Positions 37,842-49,085 of a stretch of DNA of 64,000 nucleotides are shown here, in pieces. Under the pieces are notes generated by a model. It was given only the letters and a program-made list of their open reading frames with translations. It searched no databases and had not been told where the DNA came from. The stretch is from Azolla caroliniana. Lineage: Eukaryota > Plantae > Polypodiophyta. Each line of letters begins with the position of its first letter. The first letter of the stretch is position 1. Where the stretch lies: contig JBHGNT010000001.1 in the NCBI GenBank assembly GCA_043228905.1, positions 21,018,001 to 21,082,000 of the forward strand, written 5' to 3'. The position numbers and the translations under genes are program-made.

Positions 37842-38929
37842 CTAATTAGCTATTTTGGTAGCTAATTAGCTATTACTGGTAGCTAGTTAGTTATGGGCAT
37901 ATTCTGAGGTAGGTAATTAGCTATTTGGTTATGGTCATATTCAGAGGTAGCTAATAAGGTAACTAACTCAGCTCAAAAGTCAAAACAAATGTTGAGATAA
38001 ATGTAAATACCTGAGGTACATCAAGAAGATGAATGGGATGCTCCTCGTATTGACTCCTTCCAACACGTTTCCTGCATAAATCCTTCTTATTGGGTGAAAC
38101 CCTACTCTCATTAGTCCAAAATATTGTGATTATATCCTTGATTTCTAATCTTATGGGTGTCATTGGCTTACATCTTGTTGTTAGCTTTAGCAGACTAGTT
38201 CCTTCACCCGAGGAAACTATTCGGTTCAATGTATTGTACACACTTTTTCTACTAACACCAATTACCTTAGATAGCACACTGATGTTAATATCGTCAACAT
38301 CACTATTAAGTAACATCATTAGACTAGACCTTTTTAAGACAAGATCATCTTCTGACCTACTCATGGATATGAAACTATTACGGAGATTATTTACTAGTAC
38401 AGATGTTATGTTTGCATTAAGACCATCACAATCAACTAACTCCTTTATCGATGAATCACTTAATATTCCATGAAGTACTATCTTCTTGTCTTCATTGCTA
38501 ATGTGCTTGGTTTGAACATTGAAATAGTCTACAACCTTTCTCTCTATGATAGTAGTCTCATTACTTCCATTCTTAGTGATATTTAGACCTATATCCCAAC
38601 CAATACTATATTTACCTTTAATGAGTGTGGCTTTCGTATCCTTCAACAATTGACGATGTTTTCTTTTTTTTTTCTGCCCAATACTTTTGTATCGCTTGTT
38701 GTGTCCTGATAGCGTCATCCCTATCCTGATGATCATTGAGGGGTAATTCTAAACACCCTCCTTCCCCTTCCATTTGGCTTGACGGGTTTAAACCCTAATT
38801 TTCCCGAAAAAAAGACACGTATTAAAGATGGCTATGGGCAACAACTATACACAAAAATATTCCGCAATACACAAGATTATACATAACAATACATAAGATA
38901 ATCAATAGATAGAATAGTTATTCAAATCC

Positions 38930-39860
38930 AAGACCGAACAATGGCGATAATCTAGGGCCGAATAGTGGCGGCAACTGAGTGTAGAATGGCGGTAGTGGAG
39001 GAGTGAACTCCATTTGATCGAATAGTTTTGACAATCTAGGACCGAACAATGGCGGCAACTGAATGTAGAAGGATGGCAATGGAGGAGTGAATTCTGTCGG
39101 ATCGAACAATGGCAAATGGTTCCTGGAACGCATAGTGACGACAACTGAGAGTAGAATGGCAACAGTGGAGGAGTGAACTCCTTCGGATCGAAAAGTGGCA
39201 GCAATACACCACTGAACAATAGCGGCAACTAAGTGTAGAATGATGGCAATGGATGAGTGAACTCCATCAAATCGAACATTGGCAGATGATGCTTGGAACG
39301 CACAATGACGACAACTGAGAGTACAATGGCGGCAATGTAGTAGGAGTGAACTCCCTCAGATCGAAAAGTGGTAGCAATACACGACCGAACGGTAGCGGCA
39401 ACTAAGTGTAGAATGATGGCAATGAATGACTGAACTCCGTCAAATCGAAAAGTGGCAGCAATCCAGGACCGGTCACCGAATAGTAGCGGCAACTGAGTGT
39501 AGAATGATGGCAATGGAGGAGTGAACTCCGTTAGATCGAACAGTGGTAGATGATGCTTGGAACGCACAGTGATGGCAACTGAGAGTAGAATGGCGGCAGT
39601 GGAGAAGGAGTTAACTCCGTCGAATCGAAAAGTGGCAGCAATATACGACCTTCACAGTGGCGGCAACTGAGTGTACAGTGGCGGCAATGGAGGAGTGAAC
39701 TTGGCAGATGATGCTTGGACTGAACAGTGGCGACAATTGAGTGTAGAATGGCAGCAATGGAGGAGTGAACTCCGTCAGATCGAACAATGGCAGATGATAC
39801 TTGGACCACTTAGTGTCGGTAACTGAGTGTAGAATGGCGGCTATGGAGGAGTGGACTCAA
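38930..39860. repeat. Complex tandem repeat upstream of the Sola2-like transposase (probable subterminal repeats)
   Basis: Recurrent GGCGGCAACTGAGTGTAGAATGGCGGCAATGGAGGAGTGAACTCC..ATCGAA modules. Confidence 0.85.
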
Positions 39861-39899
39861 TAGGGTTTAGCAACAGTTGTAGTAATCTAAGCCAGAGTA

Positions 39900-41986
39900 C
39901 TCAACCAAAGATGGCCCACGTGATGTGGCAAAGGATCATGCATAATGGACCTAGGAATTCGGTATATAATTTATGTTGCACGACGTTTGGCACGTTTGTC
40001 ACGTACCACACAACACCATAGTGCCTTTGTAACAACCTCCCCCGACACAACGGCCAGTGTAGTGACCAAACCGTACTCAACTGCAACAGAATCAAGAAAG
40101 TGTCTTGACCTAGCAGGAATTGGCCTTATTGGAAAACTGATGGAGTGGTTACACCAATCCATCGTCGGATTGTGTGTCTCCAACCAAGATAACCCAAACA
40201 CAATCGGATGTCGGGGGGTTGCGATGAGGTAGAACGTGAGTTCCTCCTGGTGTGCCATGACTTGAAGTACTAACAGGATAGTGGCGTCGGTAACCGCCCT
40301 CGAAGAGAGAACTCGACCGTTGATCGCTTCAACGGATATGAGTTGTGATGTGCGGATGGTGAGGATATTATGTGCGCAGACAAACGATTTATCGATAAAG
40401 GAAGTAGATGCTCCAGAGTCGAGCAAGACATGAGAATTTATTGACGTCGAACCAAAACAAAGACTTACTTGCAAAGAAAACCCTCCTAATGGAGGAACAG
40501 ACTTGTAGGATCATGGAGAAGGTGAGTAACGGAAAGTGTCTATTGGCATGGCTCCTACTATAGCTAGACTTGGTCATTTTCCTGTTGTCGAGTAACCTCC
40601 GCAAGACGTGCACGATGGAATTGGTGTTGCGGGCCCTGCACCGGGTGGTGGCAGATGACATGGCCGGGGTTGCCACATTAGAAACAGAGTCCATTGTCCC
40701 AACGATGTTGGTGTTGGGCTTCAGTTAATGGTTGGAACCGAGCGTGGTCGATCTCCATCGGGGTATGGAAATCGACCTTCGTCGTAGTATCGTTATCACT
40801 AGGTGATGGTAAGGTTGGCATGGGAGACAAGTAGGGCCTAGCAATTGATGCATTGAGGGAAGAAGCCTGAAACCCGTGAGTCCCCCGTTCTTCTTGACGA
40901 AGTTCGAAGAGACGATTGTCACATTGGACAGCTTGGGAGATTACTTGAGACAATGATGTGGGCTCTGGGAAGTTTAAGACAAGGGTCTTGATGTTGTATT
41001 GGAGGCCACGACGAAAATGGTCGCATAGGGCTTGGTCATCCCAACTCACATCACAGGCAATCTGATGGAACTCTGAAGCGTAGACCGAGGCTGGACGTGA
41101 GCCTTGTTGGAAAGAATAAAACTTTGTGAGTGTCGTTCATCACCGGTCTGTCTCGCCAAATGTCGCTTTGAGCTCCTCAATGAAAGTGTGAAGTTTTCTA
41201 AGAAAGGGGATGACGTCTCGATCAAGGGTGCAAACCACAATTGCACCGGCCTGCAAAGAAGCGTGCCGACTAGCATACCGTTGGGGCTGTAACCAGATGA
41301 TAAGCCGAATTTGGTTAATGAAGCTATGAAGATACGCCCTCATGCCGTTGAATTTTTCTGGTAGGCTAATGGTTGGTTCGAGGACATATGGATGGGAAGA
41401 GGACGTGGTCGGGCTATGTGCCGACGATGGTTGTGACTCGGCGGGTGGTGGATTTCTTGAAGTGCCGGATTGCAACTCTCGTAATGATTCCCGAAGGATT
41501 TCATTCTCTAACTGAAGTTGTTGCAAGGCTGTCATGATTTGGTTTAGGTTGTCGACGGAGCCAAGGCCGGACATGGTAGCAAGAAGAGGGAAGGTGAACA
41601 AACTGTCACGGACAAGTATAATAAAGCAAATCTAAGACAATACTAGAGCACAAGAGAGAGGAAAAGAACAAGAACTCAACTTATAGAATCCGTAACTAGT
41701 GTTGTTCACCTTGATTAGAATCAAGGTGCACTTGAGTATTTATACAAGAAGGTAGGGCTATGTAACCCAGCTAGAAATAGAGTATGCATGAGGATGCATG
41801 ATTATGGATGCAATAGAGAATGCATGAGAATGTGTGCAAGCTAGAAACTTCCAATGTTCAATCTACACTACATGAAGTTGGATTTATTACATGGATGCAT
41901 ATGTAGCTCAATTGGTAGGGTTGCCCAATAGAGACCATGAGATCTTGGGTTTAATCCCTACCTTCCTCCGTGGCATGTCTATGACA
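39900..41986 (-). mobile_element. Tcn1/Tf1-like gypsy 5' fragment: LTR, gag, protease
   Basis: LTR 41604-41986 (TGTCACG..ATGACA). Gag EPTISLPEKFNG..WDDQALCDHFRRGL..PMEID. Protease VLLDSGASTSFID..IVFGLSWLETHNP. Confidence 0.85.
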
Positions 41987-43130
41987 CCACCCACCAGAAG
42001 AATCTCGCAATCCAGTATGGGTATAATGAGTATATGGCGTATCATTATGCATATATGGCGAAGGTGGCAGAAGTGCGTGAGCCGAAAAGCTACGTAGAAG
42101 CGGCGAAGGACGCCAATTGGCGGAAAGCCATGGAGGAAGAGATGTGTGCATTGGCGTAGAATGAGACTTGGGACCTGGTTGACGCACCCAAGGGTGTGAA
42201 GTCGATCGGATGTAGGTGGGTATACAAAGTTAAGTACAACATCGAAGGCTCGGTCAACCGATACAAGGACGGATTGGTGGCCAAGGGCTAAGCGCAGAAA
42301 CACGATATTGATTACGATGAGACCTTCGCACCGGTTGCGAAGATGACAACTGTTCATGTTTTGCTCGCGGTAGCTGCAACAAAGGGGTAGCACTTACATC
42401 AGATGGATGTAAAGAATGTGTTCCTATAAGGCAATCTTGAGGAACAAGTGTACATGTTATAACCCCCCGGATTTTTATCTGAACGAAACACATCAGCAGT
42501 TTGCCAATTGAAGAAGTCGTTGTATGGACTCAACCAAGCCCCGCGTGTCTGGAACGCGAAGATCACGCAAAGGTTGCGTAGGATGAGGTTTTCTTTGTCA
42601 AAATCGAACTCTTCCTTGTTCATTCAATCGAGTCAGACCGGACTGATTAGAAGGCTTTGATCTCAGAGAAATCGGCCAGGTAAAGTCTCAGCTTGCGGCA
42701 TCATGAAGGATCTGGGGGATGATCATTACTTCTTCAGGATCGAAGCGATACGAACCCCCAAAGGCATATTGATCAGTCGACGTCATTACGTGATGAATAT
42801 GCTCTTCAACTTCGGGATGGCGGATTGTAAATCCGTCTCAACTCTTCTAGACAAAAACTGAAGCTTTGCCAAAATTCAGGAAAAGCATGCGACCCAACAC
42901 GGTTCCAACAAATTGTCGGAAGCCTCGTTTACTTGAAGATCACTCGGCGGGACCTCAGTTACCCAATCGGATTGATCAGTCAATTCATGTCACAACCAAA
43001 GGCCGAACACCTTCAGTGCCCACAAAGGATATTGCGATATGTCAAGGGCACTAAGGATAGGATGTTGTTGTGTCGGGCAGGAGTAGTCGAGGAGTTAGTC
43101 AGCTACACGGATGCCGATTGGGCCGGCCAG
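41987..43130 (+). mobile_element. Copia RT fragment (Copia-1/2 family)
   Basis: [42 protein letters not shown] and YTDADWAG. Confidence 0.85.
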
Positions 43131-43765
43131 TTGGATGCAAGATATGAAAATGTGGTTTGGTAGATGGGATGTAACACATTTGCTTCATGATGCATCAGTA
43201 GGTTCCTCTGTAAATGAGGCATTTTTGCAACACCAATGTATCATGACATGGGAAAAATGTGGAGGCTCACACTTCACACATTATACTACACATGTTGCAC
43301 CTAACTACAAAACCATATTCTTCGCGGATTGCAAAAACTGTACACATCGATACATGTTAGAGCCCATTTCATTGTCTGACATTCAAACCATTGCTTCCAT
43401 GCACCTTAGTTCACATGCATTGCGATGTGAGACAGGGTGTTGGGTCACAAGTGATGAGAGTGGTCGACTAAGCACACTTTGCCCTTAACAAGTTCGAGAG
43501 TCTGAGTATCACACTTTGATACAATGCTCTCCCTTTGATCATATTCGACCGTGCTTTCCACACATCTTCAACCAAGCCCAATCCTTGAATGAATTTCTCT
43601 CACAACCACAATGTGCACTCTCGATTGCAACATTCATTGGTAAAGTTCTTGAACATCAAGAATCACTAGTCACTTTCACACGTATCACATGCAATGTAAT
43701 ATTTTTGGTCTTATAGGTCATATTTGACCTCCGAGGACGATAATATAATCTATCTATTTGTCTCT
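43131..43765 (+). mobile_element. 5'-truncated LINE 3' end (ORF2 C-terminal CCHC region)
   Basis: SSHALRCETGCW...LCP..ESEYHTLIQC..FDHIR pattern followed by a (TAA)n(TCTA)n tail. Confidence 0.65.
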
Positions 43766-46055
43766 CTGGCTTTCTGGCTTTCTCTATCTACCTATCCATT
43801 TTTTTGTTTATTAGTACTCTCAATCTCCAAACCTTTATTATATGATCTCTTATATTAATCTTGTATCGATTAACTTGCACCTCTAAATCTTTCTACACGC
43901 CCACGCATCACACATTCACATTCACCTACCAAGCACTCCCACAAGAAGACAAAAAAGAACCTCTATTCAACATCTAACAAATTTTCACGTGTAGGTTGAA
44001 AGACATCATGTCACATTTGCATTAGCCTAAGATATACTCTAATGGTTGGGTAATACATTTGCATTATGGATTATGATTATGGGTAATCCATCTTCCCTTC
44101 CACTGTCATTGAACCCACCTCACCTCACCCCCTTCCATTTCAATCTCTCCATTGATCTTGAGTGACTCCCTCCCCTTTCACATCTTTGATGGAACTTCCC
44201 TTAATGCACACAAGAGTATGTATGCATCAGGCCAATCAGACATCTTACTACCTATCTTGGGGTTTAGAGATACACTGAAGATCCTATGTAATAGGGAATA
44301 CAGGTAACATTGTAATAGTGAGAGGAAGTTTAACATTGTAATAGGGAATACAGGTAATATCAACAAACCTTTATATCCTCCCAAGCGCATATAAGACATG
44401 ATTGTAATAATCTTAATTAAGGAAGAACCCCAAAAGGTGAAACTATAAACGTTTTGTAAAGGTTCTTTCTTCATCATTCTATTCCCTAGAGCTCAAGCTT
44501 AAACCATTTTCTCTGTCCTTAATAACTTTCTTAACTCAAACATTATGCATAATTTATGTACTTGACCAAATGCCTTGTAATTAACCACAGGACCAGTTGA
44601 AGCTTAACTATGTTTTGATTTCTTGTATTTTAGTTCATCTAAACAAGTGCTCAAATTGTGGTAAAGTCTCTATTAAGTAATCGTTTGTTTATGTGTGTGT
44701 GATTAAGTAGTACACTAAATTTAGAGAGTTTGTACATTAGTAGCTCAAGAGTGAATGACACTCACTCTCTTGCCCATCTTTTAGACAAAAGGATGGATGG
44801 TGATATGTCCAACAACCAACCTTCAGTTAGTTCTTAGGAAAAACACTGCTAAAGTAGCTTTTGGTGAGGACATTGAAAACTATAAAGTTGTACAGCATCA
44901 AGCCTCAACCTCAACACCAACAAGAAAAGCACATCTACCATATCCAATGGTCATGTCACATTACCTTGAATTTATGCAAGATTCAAAGAGAAGCAACCTA
45001 TTTGATTTCTAAACTACAAACCTAACGATTGTGTAACTATAAGGTTTCAACTATTGCACGTTTTAGTATTTGATCCCCAAGCACTAAATAGGGTCACCAA
45101 AACCTAGCCAAGTTTCTTTCCTCTAATGGTTAGGACCATCTTTCCTTGAGGAAGAAATAGGTGTGATTCCCGTATGATATAAGTTAATTGCTTACTAGCT
45201 TGGGGAGGGTAGAAAAAGGTCCCTAACCCCTTCATTAGAGAGTTGAACAAGGTCCTTGGGACCCATAAAAGTCTTCATAAAACACATTTTCAGAGTCTAA
45301 CAAGTAGCATCTTGGTAATAACAAAAACATAGCGCAAATATTAATCTTTGAATGGATGAAGAAGTAACGTCATTTGTATCAGAGGTAATAAAATATATTA
45401 ATCATTGTATGGATGAAGAAGTAACGTCATTTGTATCAGACGTAATAAAATCACTTTGCCTGGTTCAATAATCCTTCTATCCTTATGTTTATCAATCATC
45501 CTCTTAACCCTTGTATTGTTCAATCATCCTTTTAACCCTTGTGTTGTTCAATCATGCTTCTCTAAATATTTCTGTTTCACGTTTGTAGGAACATCTAAAT
45601 TTTATTTATTATTTCCTTTCTAGGGGATTTGTTTTATGCACGTCATCTCTCAAGAATTTGTATACATCTTCTCTAAGGGATTTGTATACAGCCTATAGGG
45701 GATTTGTATACATGCTTAGAACTTGTCATTATCAAGCCAATTAACATTCGAATACTCAATATTTCAGATGCTAAATATTACCTAGTTGGTTTACATGTCA
45801 ATGTCAGTTATAGAAAGGGATATGGGAATGAAAATATTATTGCCCCATAGCAACGTATACATAATTTTTCCATCAACTGTACCGAAAAACTTAAAACTAC
45901 ACGGAAATTTCTTCCTAAGACACTATATTAGTAAACTGCCGCATCTTTCCACACTCTTACACAAATACAAGTAGAGGAGATTCAAATGGATCATGGCTTA
46001 TAAAACAAGGAAATAGAGAAACAAAACAAAACACAATTTGAATCGATAAGAGTCC

Positions 46056-48572
46056 CTAAGATAGCTTCACTTCAACATCTACACCTGCAGGTATATCCAG
46101 CTGCATGAGAGAATCGATGGTACCGGCATTCGGATTTTCAAGCTCAATGAGACGCTGATGTGTCCGGATTTCAAAATGCTCCCTCGAATCTTTGTTCACA
46201 TGGGGAGACCTCAACACACAATACACCCTTCTCTTGGTCGGTAGGCGTACTGGACCCATCATCTTTGTTTGTGTGCTACTTGCCGCATCTGAGATGAGTT
46301 TTGTTGCTTCCTCAATTTGTGGTACCCAAAACGACCTCAGCTTTATGCGGATCTTCTGCTTCGGGAGCACCTGCATATTTAATAAATATAGCTTCCTTTG
46401 TTTTATATTGACTCATCATGAGATGAATTGCATTTCAGAATCTCAAGGTCATTACGGGATTGTTAAAAGCATTACAGAAAAAAAAACATGAAAGGCTCTC
46501 AAGGAATTGTTGTGATTTCCAAACTCTACATTTGCATCAATGAGTGACTGATTAGTGATTACTACCTAGTACACATTATATTATCATCAAATCATTATGG
46601 AGGAATGTACTACACTTGAGGTTTTAATCTCAAGTAACATTAAAAATTTGCATTTTATTTTCAATGCTGAGTCATCATACTAACCAAGGGAGGAGCTTCC
46701 GATGTAGTTGCCCTCACTGAAATCACCCCAAATGGCACATGTACTTTTAATGGAAGGTGTGAAACTTTCGATGTATTTGATGCTCGCAAGCCATTGAAGG
46801 ATGCGAACCTCTCCAAATTCTAGAAAACAAAGTAGGAGGAACATAAAGTGTAATTACAAATTCACACTTTACAGATTCAGGTATTAAGTTTATAAATAGT
46901 TACAAGCAGGATATTAAGTTTATACATAATGTGAAATGCAAGAACTCATATGGATTCTCACAAAAACATAAAAGAGAGAGAGTGAGATCCATGCAACTGG
47001 TTCAAATACCAAAACCATATTTATGCAAAATTGATCCAAGCTCAATGCTTTCCACAGGCTTGTCCCTGTCCCATAGATCATATTTGATCTTCCATAAATG
47101 GAAATAATTTCTCTACACACGAGTTTGGCGTGGCCTATGTCCCTAGATAAGCATAAAATGTCTCCACCATGCATTGTCTAGACAGACAGCTCTGGGCTGA
47201 TGTATAAATGGCTAACTACCAGCTTTTAGTTTAAAATGGTTCCTTGGTTCTATTGATTCGCTCCATTCTAGTAGTGGTAACTAATTATTGGATTGTGCGA
47301 TTTCCATTTCCTCCTTTATTCTACCATTCACCCATTCTAGTAATGATAGCTACTCACTTGTGCATTGGCTCCTTGATTCTACTTATTAGTTCCATTCTAG
47401 TACTGGTAAATACCCACTTCTGCACTTTCTATTGGCTCCTTCACTTTATCCATTTCCTTCATTTGCATAGTAGTGATTTGATTGTTGTATACTGCTGTAC
47501 AATCTGAAATATGGAATAAATATGGATGTTTTTAGACATATGATATTGTCTAAACCTCTGCCTCTGACCAATCAATGTTCCAGCGGTTGGGATATTATTG
47601 GTTGATTAAATAACTTAATCTCTACAAATTCTACATTGTTAGTCAGCATAAGTTCTCTACTTTGTTTATTGGTGTCATTAGAACTCTAATTTGCTAATTG
47701 ATATTGCTTTAATCGATCTTAATCCTAGCATATGCCCAATAGGTGGAGCTATTATTAGCATCATTTGGCTCAATCTAAACATATAAGCCATCACATATAG
47801 CAAATCTGACCAAACTCAATATAGAATTCCACCAAAACAAACATTCATACCGCAAGATTTCAGAAAAATGTTCTAACAAAATGTCATGAACATTTGGTTT
47901 CAAGATGGATCAACAGCGGCTAGTCAGTTACAGGGGAGGGGCTTAAAGAAGTCTAGGGTTATAATTCACAGTCTATTTTCAATACAGATATTGAAAAAAA
48001 AAGTTATTTCTTCTTCTTCGGATTTACATTCTACTGCTTTCTGTTTTTCTTCTTCCACTAATTTGTGTTTCTTTTCTTATTCTATATTGTGAGATTTTCT
48101 TCTGCCTTTATATATGTGGTTTCATTCCTCCTCTTTCACATTGTGTATTTTACTCCTCTTATTCAAAAGAGAGTCTTTCTTATACTACATTGTGTGATCA
48201 ATTTTTCTTCTTTCTTTTACTTTAAGATTATCTTATTTCTTCTTCTTCTCTATCCTCTTCCGTAAAATTTTCTTCCTCTCCGCCATCTTCTTCTCTACAT
48301 ATCTCTGTTTCTTCATCATCATCATCATCATCTTTTCTTCGTCACATAGGAATCTTTCTAAATGTTTATTTTTGTCCATCATCTTCTCCTTTACGTATTT
48401 CTGTTTCTTCATCTTTACATAGAAACCTGGTGAAAGTTCTGAGTAAACAGAAACGGCGAAGCAAGCAGAAAGGGAGAGAGAATCAAACCTGGTGGGGAGG
48501 AAGAGAGGAAGGAGAAGGAGAAGGTCGAACGCCTCCTAACAGGAACAAGGACGAGGATGCAAGGGCAGCCAT
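46056..48572 (-). CDS. RPS10: Nuclear-encoded plastid 30S ribosomal protein S10 (uS10c), exons 48572-48489, 46819-46685, 46370-46056 (177 aa)
   Basis: The last exon has QKIRIKLRS..GPVRLPTKRRVYCVLRSPHVNKDSREHFEIRTHQRLI..PAGVDVEVKL (cyanobacterial/plastid type). Two phase-0 GT-AG introns. Ser-rich transit peptide MAALASSSLFLL..FNGLRA..ISVRA. Confidence 0.93.
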
Positions 48573-49085
48573 GGCTTCTCTCTGTCCACTCCACCAGGAT
48601 ACGGCTTCGGCTTCGGCTTCGGCTTCGGGTGAGAGAGAAAGAAAGAAACCTTATCGTCAGCACTGACCGCCCAAAGGTCTCACTGCTGCTTTGGCTTCAC
48701 ACTTCACACTTCACACTTCACACACGCTCGTGACTAACTGCTACCAAATATTAAAGAGGGCAAGTGAGGGAATCACGGAGAGGGACGGACGGTGCAGGTC
48801 GCACCACTGATGGCGCGTTCGATCTCCACCATCCAAGATGGATAAAAAGCTAACAATGTCTGTGAAAAGGAGCCCGACTCTGCGAAAGGGAGTCCGACTC
48901 TGTAGCAACAAACATCAAAACCTCCACAAAATTGTAAGTGTACAACAAATATTTGCTATGAAACTGATCATAAAATTTCTCAAAAAAACCTAAAGATTCA
49001 AATAACAAGTCTTACATAAAATATTAAAATGTCAAATGTTGACAACCCTAAAATGAAATATGAATATACACGTTACATATTAAGA

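Larger units (their letters stand above)
32519..38736 (-). pseudogene. Sola2-like DDD transposase, spliced (exons 38736-38011 and 34349-~32519), disrupted
   Basis: RYTCCCIYH, VVDFVEN, WFDGAASQFK and WNFFGSGHDKGEHDGAGVVIKR. Phase-0 GT-AG intron 38010-34350 joins LLDVPQ|VDLFIRFRRMHP. Confidence 0.7.

Noticed and set aside
38902-39809. ORFs with repeated LPLFD..EFTPPLP peptides
   Set aside because: These are translations of a tandem DNA repeat with frequent frame changes and no domain evidence.
45352-45452. Two-copy ~58-bp tandem duplication downstream of RPS10
   Set aside because: An ordinary local duplication with no further structure.
46056-46376. Mitochondrial rps10 or an organellar DNA insertion
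   Set aside because: Cyanobacterial-type motifs, spliceosomal introns and a transit peptide indicate the normal nuclear gene for the plastid protein.
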